A stretch of DNA of 64,000 nt, from the NCBI GenBank assembly GCA_004022145.1, contig RCNU01000001.1; one strand, 5' to 3'. Shown in pieces: positions 1 to 12,342 of the stretch. The notes under the pieces are model-generated. The model searched no databases, was not told where the DNA came from, and was given only the letters and a program-made list of their open reading frames with translations. The first letter of the stretch is position 1. The number at the start of each line of letters is the position of its first letter. Source of the stretch: Paecilomyces variotii (Eukaryota). Made by a program: the position numbers and the translations under genes.

Positions 1-1292
1 CGCCGTACCTGTCGCGGTCGCGGTCTCTGTCCCGACGATCGCCGTCACGATCCATATATCTGTCTCGGTCTCGGTCTCGATCCCTATCCCTATCGCGATC
101 ACGTCTTTCGCGATCCATTAGGCTATGTCCCTCTCGCGGCCTTACCGGTTCCCGGTTGCTACCAGTTGCGCCCCGGGGCTCACGGTCAAATCTACCCCCT
201 GCAAAGCCACCGCGTCCACCTCCAGGACCTGACGGTGCGTTCGGCGGAGGCTGTCCTCCAAAGCCATTACGGCCACCTTGGTATCCGATGCCACCCCTGG
301 GAGGGCCATATCCACGATCGCTGCGATAACCTCCACGAAAGCCCCTACCGCCATATCCGCCACGGAAACCACCTCCATAGCCTCCAGGTCCTGAGGGAGC
401 ATTGAATGTGCCAGGTCCCAGTGGGCGAGCTGGCAGTGCCTTCGTGTAACCACGGCCACCAAGTCCACCCCCAAAGCGCCTGGGCTTCCAGCCTTTCACC
501 GTACGGCCGCGTTCAACATCCACCAAAACTCGTCTGTCCTTGATACGAATACCGTCGGTTTCCTTGTAGGCAGCTGTAATGAAATAAGTAGGGTAGTGTC
601 AGTGGACTCAATCCATTACCTTGACCATTGTTTTTCGGGGGGAGGGGATTAGGGTCAAATAGAGGGTTCCAGGCGGGGGAAATACCCTTCATATCCTTCT
701 CACGCTCGTACACGATAAATGCATATCCTCGGTGAGGCTTCTTCGGGTTCGGGTTCTGGTCCCTGACGATACGGATCTGAAGATTGTTAGTGTCCTCCAG
801 ATCAAATAATTCATCATACACTCTGATATCTTACCCTCTCAATGGGACCATAGCGACCGAATTCTCGCTCCAGATCGGATTCCGTCACGTCGTAACTGAG
901 ACGTGCAACAAAGAGAGTCTTGAACGCGTCTCCGCGAACCTGCGGGTCCTTGGTAGGGTCATCTGAAAGCAGTAAGTCAGCATGAATTTGTCAAGAAGAT
1001 GGTATCGATTCGAAAAGACAGAGTACGTACAATTCTTGACTTCCTCTGTCAAGTAATGCTCCAGCTTCTCTTTCTTTTCCGCCTTCAAGCGTGCCTTGCG
1101 CTGGAGCCAACTTTCCGTAGGATGATAAGGAACCTCCTCATCATATTTCTTCAAATCATCGAGAAATTGCGCCACACCAGAAATAGTACTTTTCTTAATG
1201 TCATCTGGAGCGCGATCCGAGGGAGGGATATAACGGAGAGGTGGGCGCGGCGCGAAGAGCGCGAGGAGGTTGGGAGGGAGCTTGTCCGTCAT
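1..1292 (-). CDS. SNP1: U1 small nuclear ribonucleoprotein 70 kDa (U1-70K), 3' end runs off the window
   Basis: N-terminus [24 protein letters not shown] with RGYAFIVYE; spliced continuation [40 protein letters not shown]; Gly-rich and RD-repeat tail. Introns 1030-963, 834-777, 685-574. Confidence 0.95.
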
Positions 1293-1609
1293 TGTACGCG
1301 CTCACTTGATGACGGTGAGGATGGAAATGAACAGAGGGGATAAACTAGAAAGACATGAGGTGTGGGTTCACTGAACGGCGCCGTCGAGGTTCCTAGTTTG
1401 ACCGTGGTTCACTGCAAGCAGGCTGACAAGGGGACGCCCAGAGTTTCTCGTTCCTCCAGCTTTTCGCGTCTGTCAGCCGCGTTAGGCGCAGTTGGCGCCA
1501 GCCAATCATAACACGCATCGACTCCCAAAAGTTCCCGACATTCGCAAAAGGCTCGGACAAGTGAACAGCAGCTTGATTGTCGGCGACAACCAGAAAGCAA
1601 CAAGCCGCA

Positions 1610-2157
1610 ATGCCAGTACAAGGGATTCGAACAGTGGCTAAGGCCAGGGTATGGTTTTGTCTTATTTCTGCAATTGCTTCTATGTCATTTTCGTTCCCAA
1701 GCTGACAGGAACTTTTTTCCTTCCAGAACGGCGTTGGCGCCTTCATCCTACAATGCAAACGCCTCGACTTCCACTACTGCGACTGGGCTGGTAGCTCAAG
1801 AGGGATGCTGTATGTTCTCTATGCTTACTATCTTGTGACGATTTCTCACGCTCTGCGTGTTCTAGGGCCTTCCTCAAGCACTCCCTCCCCTCCTTTGCAA
1901 AGGCCAACCCCCAGATCGAGATCCGAGTCTCCCCACGACCGCACAAACACCCCGTCATCAAGGGCCACTACATCAACGGCAGAGAGAAGGCCATCTGCGT
2001 CCGAAACCTCGAGCCTGAGCAGATTATGCAGAAGGCCAACCTGCTCAAAGAAGCCAGCGGAGAGAAGCTGAAGAGGACCAAGAAGCCAGTCACAAGTTTG
2101 AACGAGAGTGTGAGAGGCATCTGGTCTCCTTATCACGGAGATCTCAAGACGGTTTAG
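1610..2157 (+). CDS. MRPL51: Mitochondrial large-subunit ribosomal protein mL43 (L51/S25/CI-B8 domain)
   Basis: Not in the ORF track. Hand-spliced three exons: MPVQGIRTVAKAR|NGVGAFILQCKRLDFHYCDWAGSSRGML|AFLKHSLPSFAKANPQIEIRVSPRPHKHPVIKGHYINGREKAICVRNL...SVRGIWSPYHGDLKTV*. Confidence 0.92.
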
Positions 2158-2699
2158 AGTGTTGGATCCGTCCATCGGCACCTAGGTGCAAAATCCTCAG
2201 CACATATTAGAGCACCTGTTGGGCTAGAATGCTCTTTCCTCGACTACCCATGTACTTTTCATGAACATGTATATCACCTTTCTGGCGGCGTAAAGTTATG
2301 CTTATCGGATTTTTCTTTTACAACGAAGGTTCTCTTTGGGAAGAAGCATATTATGGAGACATGGATCAACAAAGGAGCTGTTGATACCACCAATGGTGCC
2401 ACTACCGTTCACGAGGGAAATGTAGCAGCAGCGAGAGCACTGCTGCAGTGTGCTTGATATAATATTGAAATGCACAGTCATATCATGTCCAAAATTAGAA
2501 GACTGGGAAACAACCGGCACAGGAAGATGGCCAGGCATATCGCAAATATGCGGGGTATCAGAAAAGCAGCGCATGACCATCCGTCCAGCCATCCAAACGA
2601 CACCCGCGATATACCAAGAAACGCCGACGCCATGCTAAAAGAATAAGAAAGAAAAGGTCCCTTAATGCGCATTTCCGGACCAGACAGGTCCTTCGACCC

Positions 2700-3925
2700 T
2701 CACATGTAGATTTGGAACATAGCCTTGGACGCGCTAACGGGCTTGCCGCAGTCCTCGACCTGGCATTTCGAAAATGGTTTCGTCTTTGTATGGGACGATT
2801 GCAGAGCCTTCTTAGATTTAGATAACGACCGATATTTGGCGCATGTACCGCAGTAAACCTGGCGAGAGTTAGGAGTTAATAGGGAGGAAATCACGGATGG
2901 GCTCAAACGAACATGTCCACAGGGCTTTGCCACCCAAATTTGTTGTTTGGTCTCGTCACCAGTGCCCAGCTCATCACCACAGTTGGGGCAGACCACCATT
3001 TCGTCCTCTTGTGCCGACCTCGTGAAACCTTCTGGGGGCGGAGTAGGAGGCTTGTAAGAAGACACTGGTTGCGACGGATTTTCCACCGTAAACCCTGCTA
3101 GATGATAGTCCATACCCAGTGGAACATCCACATCTAGATCCACTGTAAGATCGATTCCTTCATTTGGTGCATCTCCTATCCAGAATGTCTCAACTCCGTG
3201 CGGTACCGGCCGAGCTAGATTCCGTGCTCGTAGCGCAACCTCATGACGAAATGCTTCCTCTCGAGACAGTGCGTTAAATGACGGTAATTGAGACGATCGT
3301 AATCGCATGATATCGAAAAGATTCGAACGACCCATGAAACCCGAACTGGCTCTAGGTGGCGGTTGCGGCCGCACTGTAGCTCTCACAAACTGCACCTCAG
3401 GGCTACTCGGAGGATCTCCTTGGGGAGAAGGTTCAGTCTCTTCCTCCAGATCTACGACATCTGCCATGATATTCCTCCCGAAACGAGGAGGCCTGGAGCT
3501 CCCCCCTGGTCGTGCAGGGCCTTGGTGGCGAGACCGCCGAGAAGGGGGTGAATCAGGCTCATTTGTCAAATCTATCACATCTTCCGTTGGCTGAGGGCTC
3601 GACATGACCGGCCGCCGATAGTCGAGACCATCCCCTGGATATCTCATCTGTGGCAATGGGGGAAGGGTGAGGCGGGAAGTTGGACGGTGAGGGGTCGAAG
3701 AGGATGCTTCGCCATGACGGTCCCGGGGAGTCTGGCTTCGTCGACCATGAGATTCGGACATCTCACGATGAGTTCGCTACAAGAGAAAGCAAGATCAGCA
3801 CTATAGGATCGATCGAGTGAGTTACCAGTGAGCAGCGGCATCTTCCACCCCGCCCGACCCTGGATTGCTTCTCGTACCTTTCTTGACCTGGCGGCCAAAA
3901 ACTGGACGCCGGGATCGTCGTTCAT
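2700..3925 (-). CDS. SIM-containing RING-finger protein, Rfp1/Slx5-like SUMO-targeted ubiquitin ligase subunit
   Basis: SUMO-interacting motifs EDVIDLT, DVVDLEE, EVQFV, GIDLTVD; C-terminal RING-like CPNC..PCGH|VYCGTC..CQVEDC once the in-frame intron 2912-2859 is removed; first exon from ATG 3925 (MNDDPGVQFLAARSRK). Confidence 0.75.
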
Positions 3926-4372
3926 ATCAAAGCTGGGAGCAATGGGGGGAAAAGTATTAGGAAATACAATCACTCAGAAAGAGGAAAACGTGTATGAAGA
4001 CAGAGGAGAAGATGTGTAAGAGGAGTGGTGTAGGAAGCCCTAAGGTTGGTGGAGGTGGTTAGTGTTCCGAGTCCGCTGCCACTCCGTCTTGGGAGTGGCA
4101 CTGGTGGAGATGATATCCTGACCTCTCATAATTCTTGACCATTCGGCATTGGCAGCGAACATGGTGAAGTCAATCAGGTCACAGCAACCTGGCTAGATCT
4201 AAAATATCTATCTGTGAGGAAAAGTGCCTCTGTGGCCGATCACAGGGATATGATGAGTGTGCAAAAGTGATCTCATGCTTTTTTTATTCAATCGATAGTC
4301 TCAAACCCTTAATGACACTGATAATAACACCATGCAGGACAAAGATTGCTAAAAGTACAAAGAGTCAAGGTA

Positions 4373-6028
4373 TCATGATTTTGATGCCAACACTGTAATG
4401 ATTCCCTCCTCATTAGTTGCCACGATGCTTTGTGCACCTGGTCCCCACGCGACGGCAACTGCAGGGACTGCGCTGCGCAAGGGCTCCGACCATTCCTTGG
4501 ACGATTTAGAGTAGTACTGGACGCTCAACCCATTGGGGCCACCGGCCAGGAGGAACTGGCCTGTATAATCCCAGCTGAGAGAGTTGATTTTGCCACCGGT
4601 TTCCAATACCTTGATCTCCTTCGCATGACGCAGGTCCCAGACGGAGACGGTTGTAGAGCCCTCAGCGGCCGCGGCCAGGAAAGTGCCATTCTCAGAGAAG
4701 AAGAGAGTCTTAACAGGGCCAGACATAGGAAAGCTTGCCGCGGCTGAACCGGACTTGACGTCGAAGATCTTAACCTGTCCATCAGTGCCACCTGCAGCAA
4801 GGAGGTGACCGTCGGGATGGAACATTGCGGAGATCAGGTCTAACAGAAATCAGTGAACTTGTTTCAGACATATTATGTCGGGAAGAATAGGAAACTTACT
4901 GGAGTCGCTCCAGACTTGAGTGACAACGTGAGATGTAGCGAGATCATAGATCACATAGCTCTTGTCAACGCCTACAGAGGCAACAATATCGCCAGTGGGG
5001 TGCACAGCCAGCGCAGTAGCTTCGCCTGCATGAAGGTTAAAACTCGCAACCTCGGCTCCATTCTCGAACACCTTGACAACTCCCTTGGAAGAAGAGATAA
5101 CCGCCTTGTCGCCAGCCCAGACAGCATCGGTGACCGCACCATCCGTCTTGAGCGTCTGAACGACCTGTTTCTTGGATAGCGAGTAGACCCCAGCAACGCC
5201 GTCTACACCTCCGACAAGTGCAAGATCACCGGTTGTGTCAAGGGATAGCGACTTCCCTCCAGGATATAGTGCTTTCGAGGTTTCGATAGGTTGATATCCC
5301 GAGATTGTTTCAACAGTAGCCCAGCCTTCCGGCACCGGGCGCTTACGACGACCCTTGGAAAGTCTGCGAGCAGATTAGCATAATCCTTGAACCAAGCTAG
5401 GAGATGTAATACACACGTTGCCTGTGTACTTTCGATTCTGGCAAGAATTGCCTCAGGAAGTCCAGCGCTGTCCACCTGCATGGCATCATCACCACTTGGG
5501 CCACGGACAGCGCCCACAGAGACCTTGGACAGCGCATCGCGAGCCTCATCCCGCTCCTTCGTCAACCGTGCGATCACCCGAACGGCCGCATCGTGCTGGT
5601 ATAGAGCCGTGCTGAGCTCTTGCCTCGTCTGAGCCAGAGTCTGCCGCAGTGTGTATGTCTCCAGAGCCAGCGCATCCCATTCCTCCTGGAAAACACCGAG
5701 CAGCGAAGGGATCGAAGTGAGCGTAGGGGGTCGAGGTCGAACAACGCGCTGGGTCTTCAACTCTACGAGATCGTCACTGCTCAGATCCTCTCCTGTCACC
5801 GGGTCCTTTCCATGCTCCGCAATATACGCTTCGATGAGCCGTTTCTCGAAAACGTTGCCTAACTATCGTGAGAACAAGTCCCGCTCATTAATTCACCATG
5901 GCCACTTACCACTCTTGCGTGATGCGACGGGCACCTGTGGTGCCTCTCCGGAGACTAATAAAGACACATCAGCTTTTGACGATCCAACTGAGTATAATCG
6001 CTCATAGAAACTCACTTGCGCACAGCAT
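4373..6028 (-). CDS. PRP19: Pre-mRNA splicing factor Prp19 (U-box, coiled coil, WD40)
   Basis: [21 protein letters not shown]-box start; [43 protein letters not shown] coiled coil; WD40 repeats in the downstream exons. Confidence 0.95.
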
Positions 6029-6396
6029 GGTGTGTGATGAGGTGGGGTGATCGGTAGTCCTGGCTGGACGCGAAAGCTGCAGCTCTGGACTTTGATCCTC
6101 TCCGGTGCTGCTAGAGCCTAGCGAAGACTTTCCGCGCATTTAGCTTTGCCGCGCGACAAGAACCGATCGGAGATCGCTGCAGCCGCCGGGCCTACAGCAT
6201 TATCACTTACGCCGCGATCGACCTCGACTCAAGAACTAATTATGTCTAGGATCCCACGTCGAGGCATTCTTTGCAACGGTGTTATCTTATTTTCTACTAT
6301 CGCCTCTATTTACAAAGCTCGGCATAATCTACGCCGCTACTCTCTGTTAGAGACAGCTGCCAGGCACAGCACATCCTAGCTATGGTTTAACCATCA

Positions 6397-6446
6397 GTGA
6401 TGATTTGAACCTAACTCTCGTTTAAGGGCCTTCGATAGGCTACTGA
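6397..6446 (+). ncRNA. Candidate short box C/D snoRNA in a putative 5'UTR intron
   Basis: GTGATGA (box C) at 6397 and CTGA (box D) at 6443, with two stretches resembling rRNA antisense elements; branch CTAAC 6488 and CACAG 6505 just before the next ATG. Unusually short and no clear C'/D' boxes. Confidence 0.3.
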
Positions 6447-6513
6447 TCCTCAAGCAATTGCTTGCTTCTATAATCCCTCAAGACGCCCTAACTGCTGGCT
6501 CACAGTCGACAAG

Positions 6514-7061
6514 ATGTCTTTCAAATCCAAGAATCTCAATTATGGTGAGCGACACCTGATATGTATCTTACGGGCTCTGTTTTGACTTTAATGAAAGAGG
6601 CCAAAGAGCCGCCTTTTTTGCAAAGGCTGAAGAGCCAGTATGGTGGCGCAAATTCCGGTCGTCATGAACGAGCCATACCACGCCCTCGCAGACTACAAAA
6701 GGACGACGATGAGGACGCCCCGACGTATGTCGATGGGGAGACCAATGAGGTTATCTCTAAGGAGGAATACGAATCCCTAGTTCAAGGCGATAAAAATGAC
6801 GGATCTCAAGATGAGACTAAGGAGGAGACAGCCTCTGCGCCGGCGGAAGACGAGGCCGATACAGCAAATCCAGAAACTAAAGCACAGCAAAAACAGAACA
6901 TAGCTGAAATTGGAGGCCCTAAAAAGCGAAAACAGGGAAGAGTGGTTGGTGAGGAAGATACTGCAGATAATGCCGAGCGACGGCAAGAGAGCTCCTCTTC
7001 GCGCAAACCAAAGCAGAAAAAAAAGAAGATCAAGCTCTCGTTCGATGAGGGCGAAGATTAA
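6514..7061 (+). CDS. DUF4604 (KIAA1143-like) protein
   Basis: MSFKSKNLNY|EAKEPPFLQRLKSQYGG start, acidic middle, KKKKIKLSFDE C-terminus typical of the family; one intron. Confidence 0.8.
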
Positions 7062-7490
7062 ACATCTTACAATATATGAAATAAGAGATACCTACATGAT
7101 TCAGTACCGCGAGGATGCCCTAGCATGAGTCATTATTAGTTGTTACTCGGAGTAATTCACAGTGCTTAATGTTGGTTAGCTTCACCAGACACGGCCTAAA
7201 ACTCAATGATAAAGATTTCAGCGATGAGTAATACGATATACAGTAACTAGTGAACTACTACTAGTTTCCTCGTAATGGTGTGTCATTTCAAATGCAGAAT
7301 GTATTGTTGGTGACTGAGCTCTAGATTTCCTCTGCCCAATTCTTTGATTTTCCGAGCATATAATTTTTTCTCCACCAGGCTCCGTCCAGTGACGAAATAA
7401 TCCCGACCTCAAAGTCTTAACTGTCACCACGCAGAGCCCTGGGACGACAGTTTAGATTTCAGACGTTTGAGGCGGGATAGATTGCTGAAG

Positions 7491-10400
7491 ATGCCCGTCG
7501 TCAACGTCGACGATCTGGTGCGCCTGCAGCGCAAACCAGAGGATATTCGCAATGTGAGTGCCCCTCTGAACCCCGCCACAAAGTTCTAGTCCGGCCTTTG
7601 GGGATATGGCCCAATACTAACGCTTCAAGTAGATCTGTATTTTAGCCCATGTTGTAAGTACTCCAAGAGATTACTTTTGGCTCGTGGCATGCATTCTGAT
7701 CATTGTCTGTTCAGGATCACGGCAAAACGTCCTTGACAGACAGTCTTATCGCCACAAATGGCATCATTTCACCAAAACTGGCGGGCAAGATCCGTTATCT
7801 GGATTCCCGACCAGATGAGCAGCTCAGAGGAATTACTATGGAGTCATCAGCTATCTCACTCTTTTTCTCCATGTTGAGGCGCCCTGCTCCGGACGCTGCG
7901 CCAGTGCCGAAGGAGTATCTGATCAACTTGATCGACTCCCCGGGACATATTGACTTCAGCAGTGAGGTATCAACTGCTTCGCGGCTATGCGACGGTGCAG
8001 TTGTTCTTGTGGACGCTGTCGAAGGTGTCTGCAGTCAGACAGTAACTGTCCTACGACAAACATGGGTCGAGCAGCTTAAGCCGTTGCTTGTGATTAACAA
8101 GATGGATCGATTAATCACAGAATTGAAAATGAGTCCTGCTGAGGCATACTCTCACTTGAACAAACTTGTGGAACAGGTGAATGCTGTTATTGGAAGTTTC
8201 TACCAGGGAGAGAGAATGGAAGAAGATCTTCTCTGGAGAGAACGAATGGAAGAGCGTTTGAACGCTGCAGCTAGCAAGGAGAAAGACCGTTCTAAGAAGC
8301 AGGCGCTGGAGACAACTGCTGAGGCTACTGCTGAGGCCACTGTTGAGATTGCCGAGTTTGAGGAACGAGGCGATGAGGACCTCTACTTTGCCCCGGAAAA
8401 GAACAATGTTATTTTCTGCAGTGCCTTGGACGGATGGGCGTTTACCATCCGTCAGTTTGCAGCAATATACGAGCGAAAACTCGGCATTAAGCGTTCTGTT
8501 TTGGAGAAGGTTCTCTGGGGCGATTTCTACTTGGATCCCAAGACCAAGCGAGTACTTGGCTCCAAGCACCTAAAGGGGAGAGCACTAAAGCCCATGTTCG
8601 TCCAGTTGGTCCTGGATAGTATCTGGGCCGCCTATGAAGCCACGACTGGAGGTGGGAAGGGCAAGGGGTAAGCAACCCGATGGAGGCAGCATATTAGACA
8701 TATGGCATGAACTGACGGGTATGCAGTGACCCAGCGCTACTAGAGAAGATCACAAAGTCTCTGAATATTACGATACCCCCTCACATTTTGCGCTCCCGGG
8801 ATCCCAAGAATATCATGACAACATTGTTCTCACAATGGCTACCTCTTTCAACAGCTCTCCTCGTAACAGTCATCGAATATCTTCCTAACCCTATTACCGC
8901 CCAAGCTTCCCGGTTGCCCGAGATGATCGAAGATTCACCAGGCGCCAACTTTATAGATCCAAAGGTGCGAGAAGCTATGATTAACTTCAAGACTGGACCC
9001 GAGGACCCGATAGTGGCCTACGTGAGCAAGATGGTTGCCATCCCGGAGAGTGAACTTCCATCCAACACGAAACGCACTGGTGGCACTATGACTGCAGACG
9101 AGGCGCGAGAACTTGCACGCAAGAAGAGGGAAGAGATCGCTCGACTTCAGGCCGAAGCGAATGGAGAGCAGGGAGACTCTTATTCCCAAATTACATCATC
9201 TCTTGCGGCTGCAAGCCTGGATTCGGAGCCTGCCAATGGCACTGAGGAGAAGCAAGAGCGGGAGCACTTGATTGGATTCGCACGGCTTTACTCTGGAACC
9301 CTTTCTCTCGGAGATTCGATCTATGTTCTTCCACCAAAGTTCTCTCCAGCTAATCCTCATGCCAGTCCGGAACCGAAGAAGGTCACTATCACAGGTCTCT
9401 ACCTTCTGATGGGAAGGAGCTTGGAACCTCTGAAGTCGGTGCCCGCAGGTGTTGTCTTCGGAATCGCGGGCCTTGCAGGCCATGTTCTCAAGACTGGTAC
9501 TCTCTGCAGCCAACTGGAGGGCAGCGTCAATCTGGCTGGTGTGTCCATAACAAGTCCGCCTATTGTGCGGGTTGCTCTGGAGCCCACAAACCCAGGAGAT
9601 CTGAACAAGATGATTACCGGACTCCGTCTTCTGGAGCAAAGTGACCCTTGCGCCCAATACGAAGTCCTTCCCAGTGGTGAGCATGTCATCTTGACAGCGG
9701 GAGAACTGCATCTTGAGCGCTGTCTGAAGGATCTGCGCGAGAGATTCGCCAGATGCGACATCCAAGCCGGTGAAGCTATAGTTCCTTACCGCGAAAGTAT
9801 CGTCAAAGCACCAGAAATGGCAGTTCCAAAGAACCCAGAGCTTGGCAGGGGTGGTGTTATAGCAGTCTCTCCATCAAAACAGCTGACGGTTCGCTTGCGT
9901 GTCGTCCCGCTGCCTGCAGAGGTTACTGAGTTCCTGAGCAAACATGTTGGAACGATCAGACGCATACAGTCTGATAAACGAGCCAAGGCTGGCGTAAAAA
10001 TGGAGCGCGAAGAGTCTAACGAACCCGCCGAAAACCAGGCTGAAGCGGATAACGATGAAACTCGAGAGCGGAACACCTTGTCCCTTGAGGAGTTCAGGAA
10101 GGAGCTGCAAAAGCTCTTCAGTGAGGTCAAAGATGACAAGGAACTGTGGCAAAACGTTGTCGACAAAATAACGGCATTTGGCCCTCGACGAGTAGGACCC
10201 AATATCCTCGTTGATGCCACCGCAGCCAACACATCAGAGAAGTTGTAAGTTTCTCCCTCGTCACTAACATAGACTCACCGAAGAACACGGACTCTAATAC
10301 CACTATAGCCTCCTCGAGGACCAAAGAGAACAATCCAACGGGCACAGCCATTCAGAAGACGCGGCCTTGGAACACCAAGCCTTCAGTGTCAGAGACTTTT

Positions 10401-11148
10401 CCGACAAGATCTCCTACGCATTCCAACTGGCAACGGGTCAAGGCCCTCTCTGCCACGAACCTGTCCAAGGAATCGCTGTTTTCCTCGAAGACGTATCCGT
10501 GAACGCCAACGGCGAGGAACTCGACGTCGGCCGTTTAACAGGCGAAGCCATCAAAACAGTTCGAGACTTGATTTGGCAAGGATTCCTAGACTGGAGTCCA
10601 CGCATTCTTCTAGCCATGTATAGTTGTGAGATTCAAGCATCAAGTACGTTTCTCCCCCCCCTTCTCTTCCCCACTTTTCACCCCCTAAACATATATATAT
10701 ACATATACATATCCAGCGAAATGAGAATCAAATCAACCCACTAACCCATCCTACCCTCCAAACAGCCGAAGTCCTAGGCCGCGTCTACGCCGTGATCACA
10801 CGACGCCGCGGCCGCATTCTATCCGAAGTCATGAAAGAAGGAACACCATTCTTCACCATTCTGGCCCTCCTTCCCGTCGCCGAATCATTCGGATTCGCCG
10901 AAGAGATCCGCAAGCGTACATCCGGCGCAGCCTCTCCACAACTCATCTTCGCAGGCTTCGAAGCCCTCGATGAAGATCCCTTCTGGGTTCCTGCTACGGA
11001 AGAGGAGCTCGAGGATCTAGGTGAGTTGGCTGATCGTGAAAATGTCGCGAAGAGGTATATGGATGCGGTGCGGAGTCGGAAGGGTCTGGTTGTTACGGGT
11101 AGAAAGTTGGTGAAGGATGCGGAGAAGCAGAAGACGTTGAAAAAATAG
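7491..11148 (+). CDS. RIA1: Elongation factor-like GTPase for 60S maturation (Ria1/Efl1)
   Basis: [19 protein letters not shown] (21-nt micro-exon 7633-7653), [28 protein letters not shown] and the C-terminal [25 protein letters not shown] motifs. Confidence 0.95.
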
Positions 11149-12342
11149 AAAGAGTTGTGTGTTGTATCTTTATATAAAAAAAAAGAAAGTCTTTATAGGT
11201 TATATATATATATATGTATCTCTGTCGTTCATTTGGATATGTATTGGAAGACTGGAGTAAGTGAAACTATTCACAGGAGTGATTTTATTTAAGAGCTATC
11301 AATGAACTCCCTCGACTCTTACATGAAAGGACTAGAGTGAGGATATGGTACTGATGTTTATTCGACAGAAGTAGAGCCCCAAGCGCATCGGGGAGTGCTT
11401 TTGTACGATAACTGAATCTTGCATATCCAGAACGGAAAGTTATATTGAATGTCCCTCTGTACAGTCTACACTACACACACATGGGGCGAGCAACGATTAT
11501 AGTTGTACTATGTCGAGTGTACCCTCTTTTCCCTACTTGGTCTTATCCATGGAAATAGGAACAGGCCAGAGGACAAGAGGGCCGTGGAGGATGAGAAGCC
11601 CCCACGGAGACGATTTTCTTCCTCCCGTGACAAACACAGTCCGGCCATTGAAAGGCAAGACCATGTATACTTGAGAGGGTGGTTGGGAATGAATGGTGGA
11701 TACTGCAGGAGCTAATGTGATATGATATTGGATATTGGAAAAGTGGGTATCATTGATTCTTAGATCTCGAATCGCAACGGATCTATGGGATCTCATAAAA
11801 AATTAGGTTGGTCATGTCATATTCCTGACTTATACGCTAGAAGGCGTAATCAGGCGATGGCGACTCTGTAGCTGGACGAAAGTCCTAGTATTCCTGCTGG
11901 TAGACTCATAACCTGGGGTAGAGTCTCGTGCAGAGCACATGGACACCATAACCTACTCGATAACAGTCATACCTCTCATACTCGAGGGTTGGCGTTTGAT
12001 CCGAAGATCAGATCAAAATGTCGTCTAAGCAGACAACTTCGAAAGCACTTATGTGCTGCCACTGAGGAACTAGTAGTGTTCCGAAGACCAGTTTTGTCTG
12101 CGCATAATCCTGACGTGCAGAGAAACGGAAGTCGCCGAGGTTCCGATGGACCAGGTCATCCTTGGGGACGGGAAAAGCGGGAATGCAAGTTGGGTTATCT
12201 CTTTAGAGACACTCAGACAGGAAATCCCGCATGCCGAATCCTGATAGGAGGCAACGCGAGAGCAACGGAAAATAATAAATAATCCGTGCTTATGTTCTCA
12301 TGACGAAGTCTGGTTGGTGATTCTTTAAAGTCGCTGGTGACT

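Noticed and set aside
4250-4321. ATGATGA..CTGA pair resembling a C/D snoRNA
   Set aside because: No rRNA complementarity I could recognise; it lies antisense to the PRP19 3' region and is likely chance.
11300-12300. tRNA-like GACTCATAA, a GGAC-GAAA-GTCC hairpin and short ORFs between RIA1 and CSL4
   Set aside because: No cloverleaf and no RNase P/MRP, SRP or hammerhead consensus could be completed; the ORFs have no recognisable motifs.
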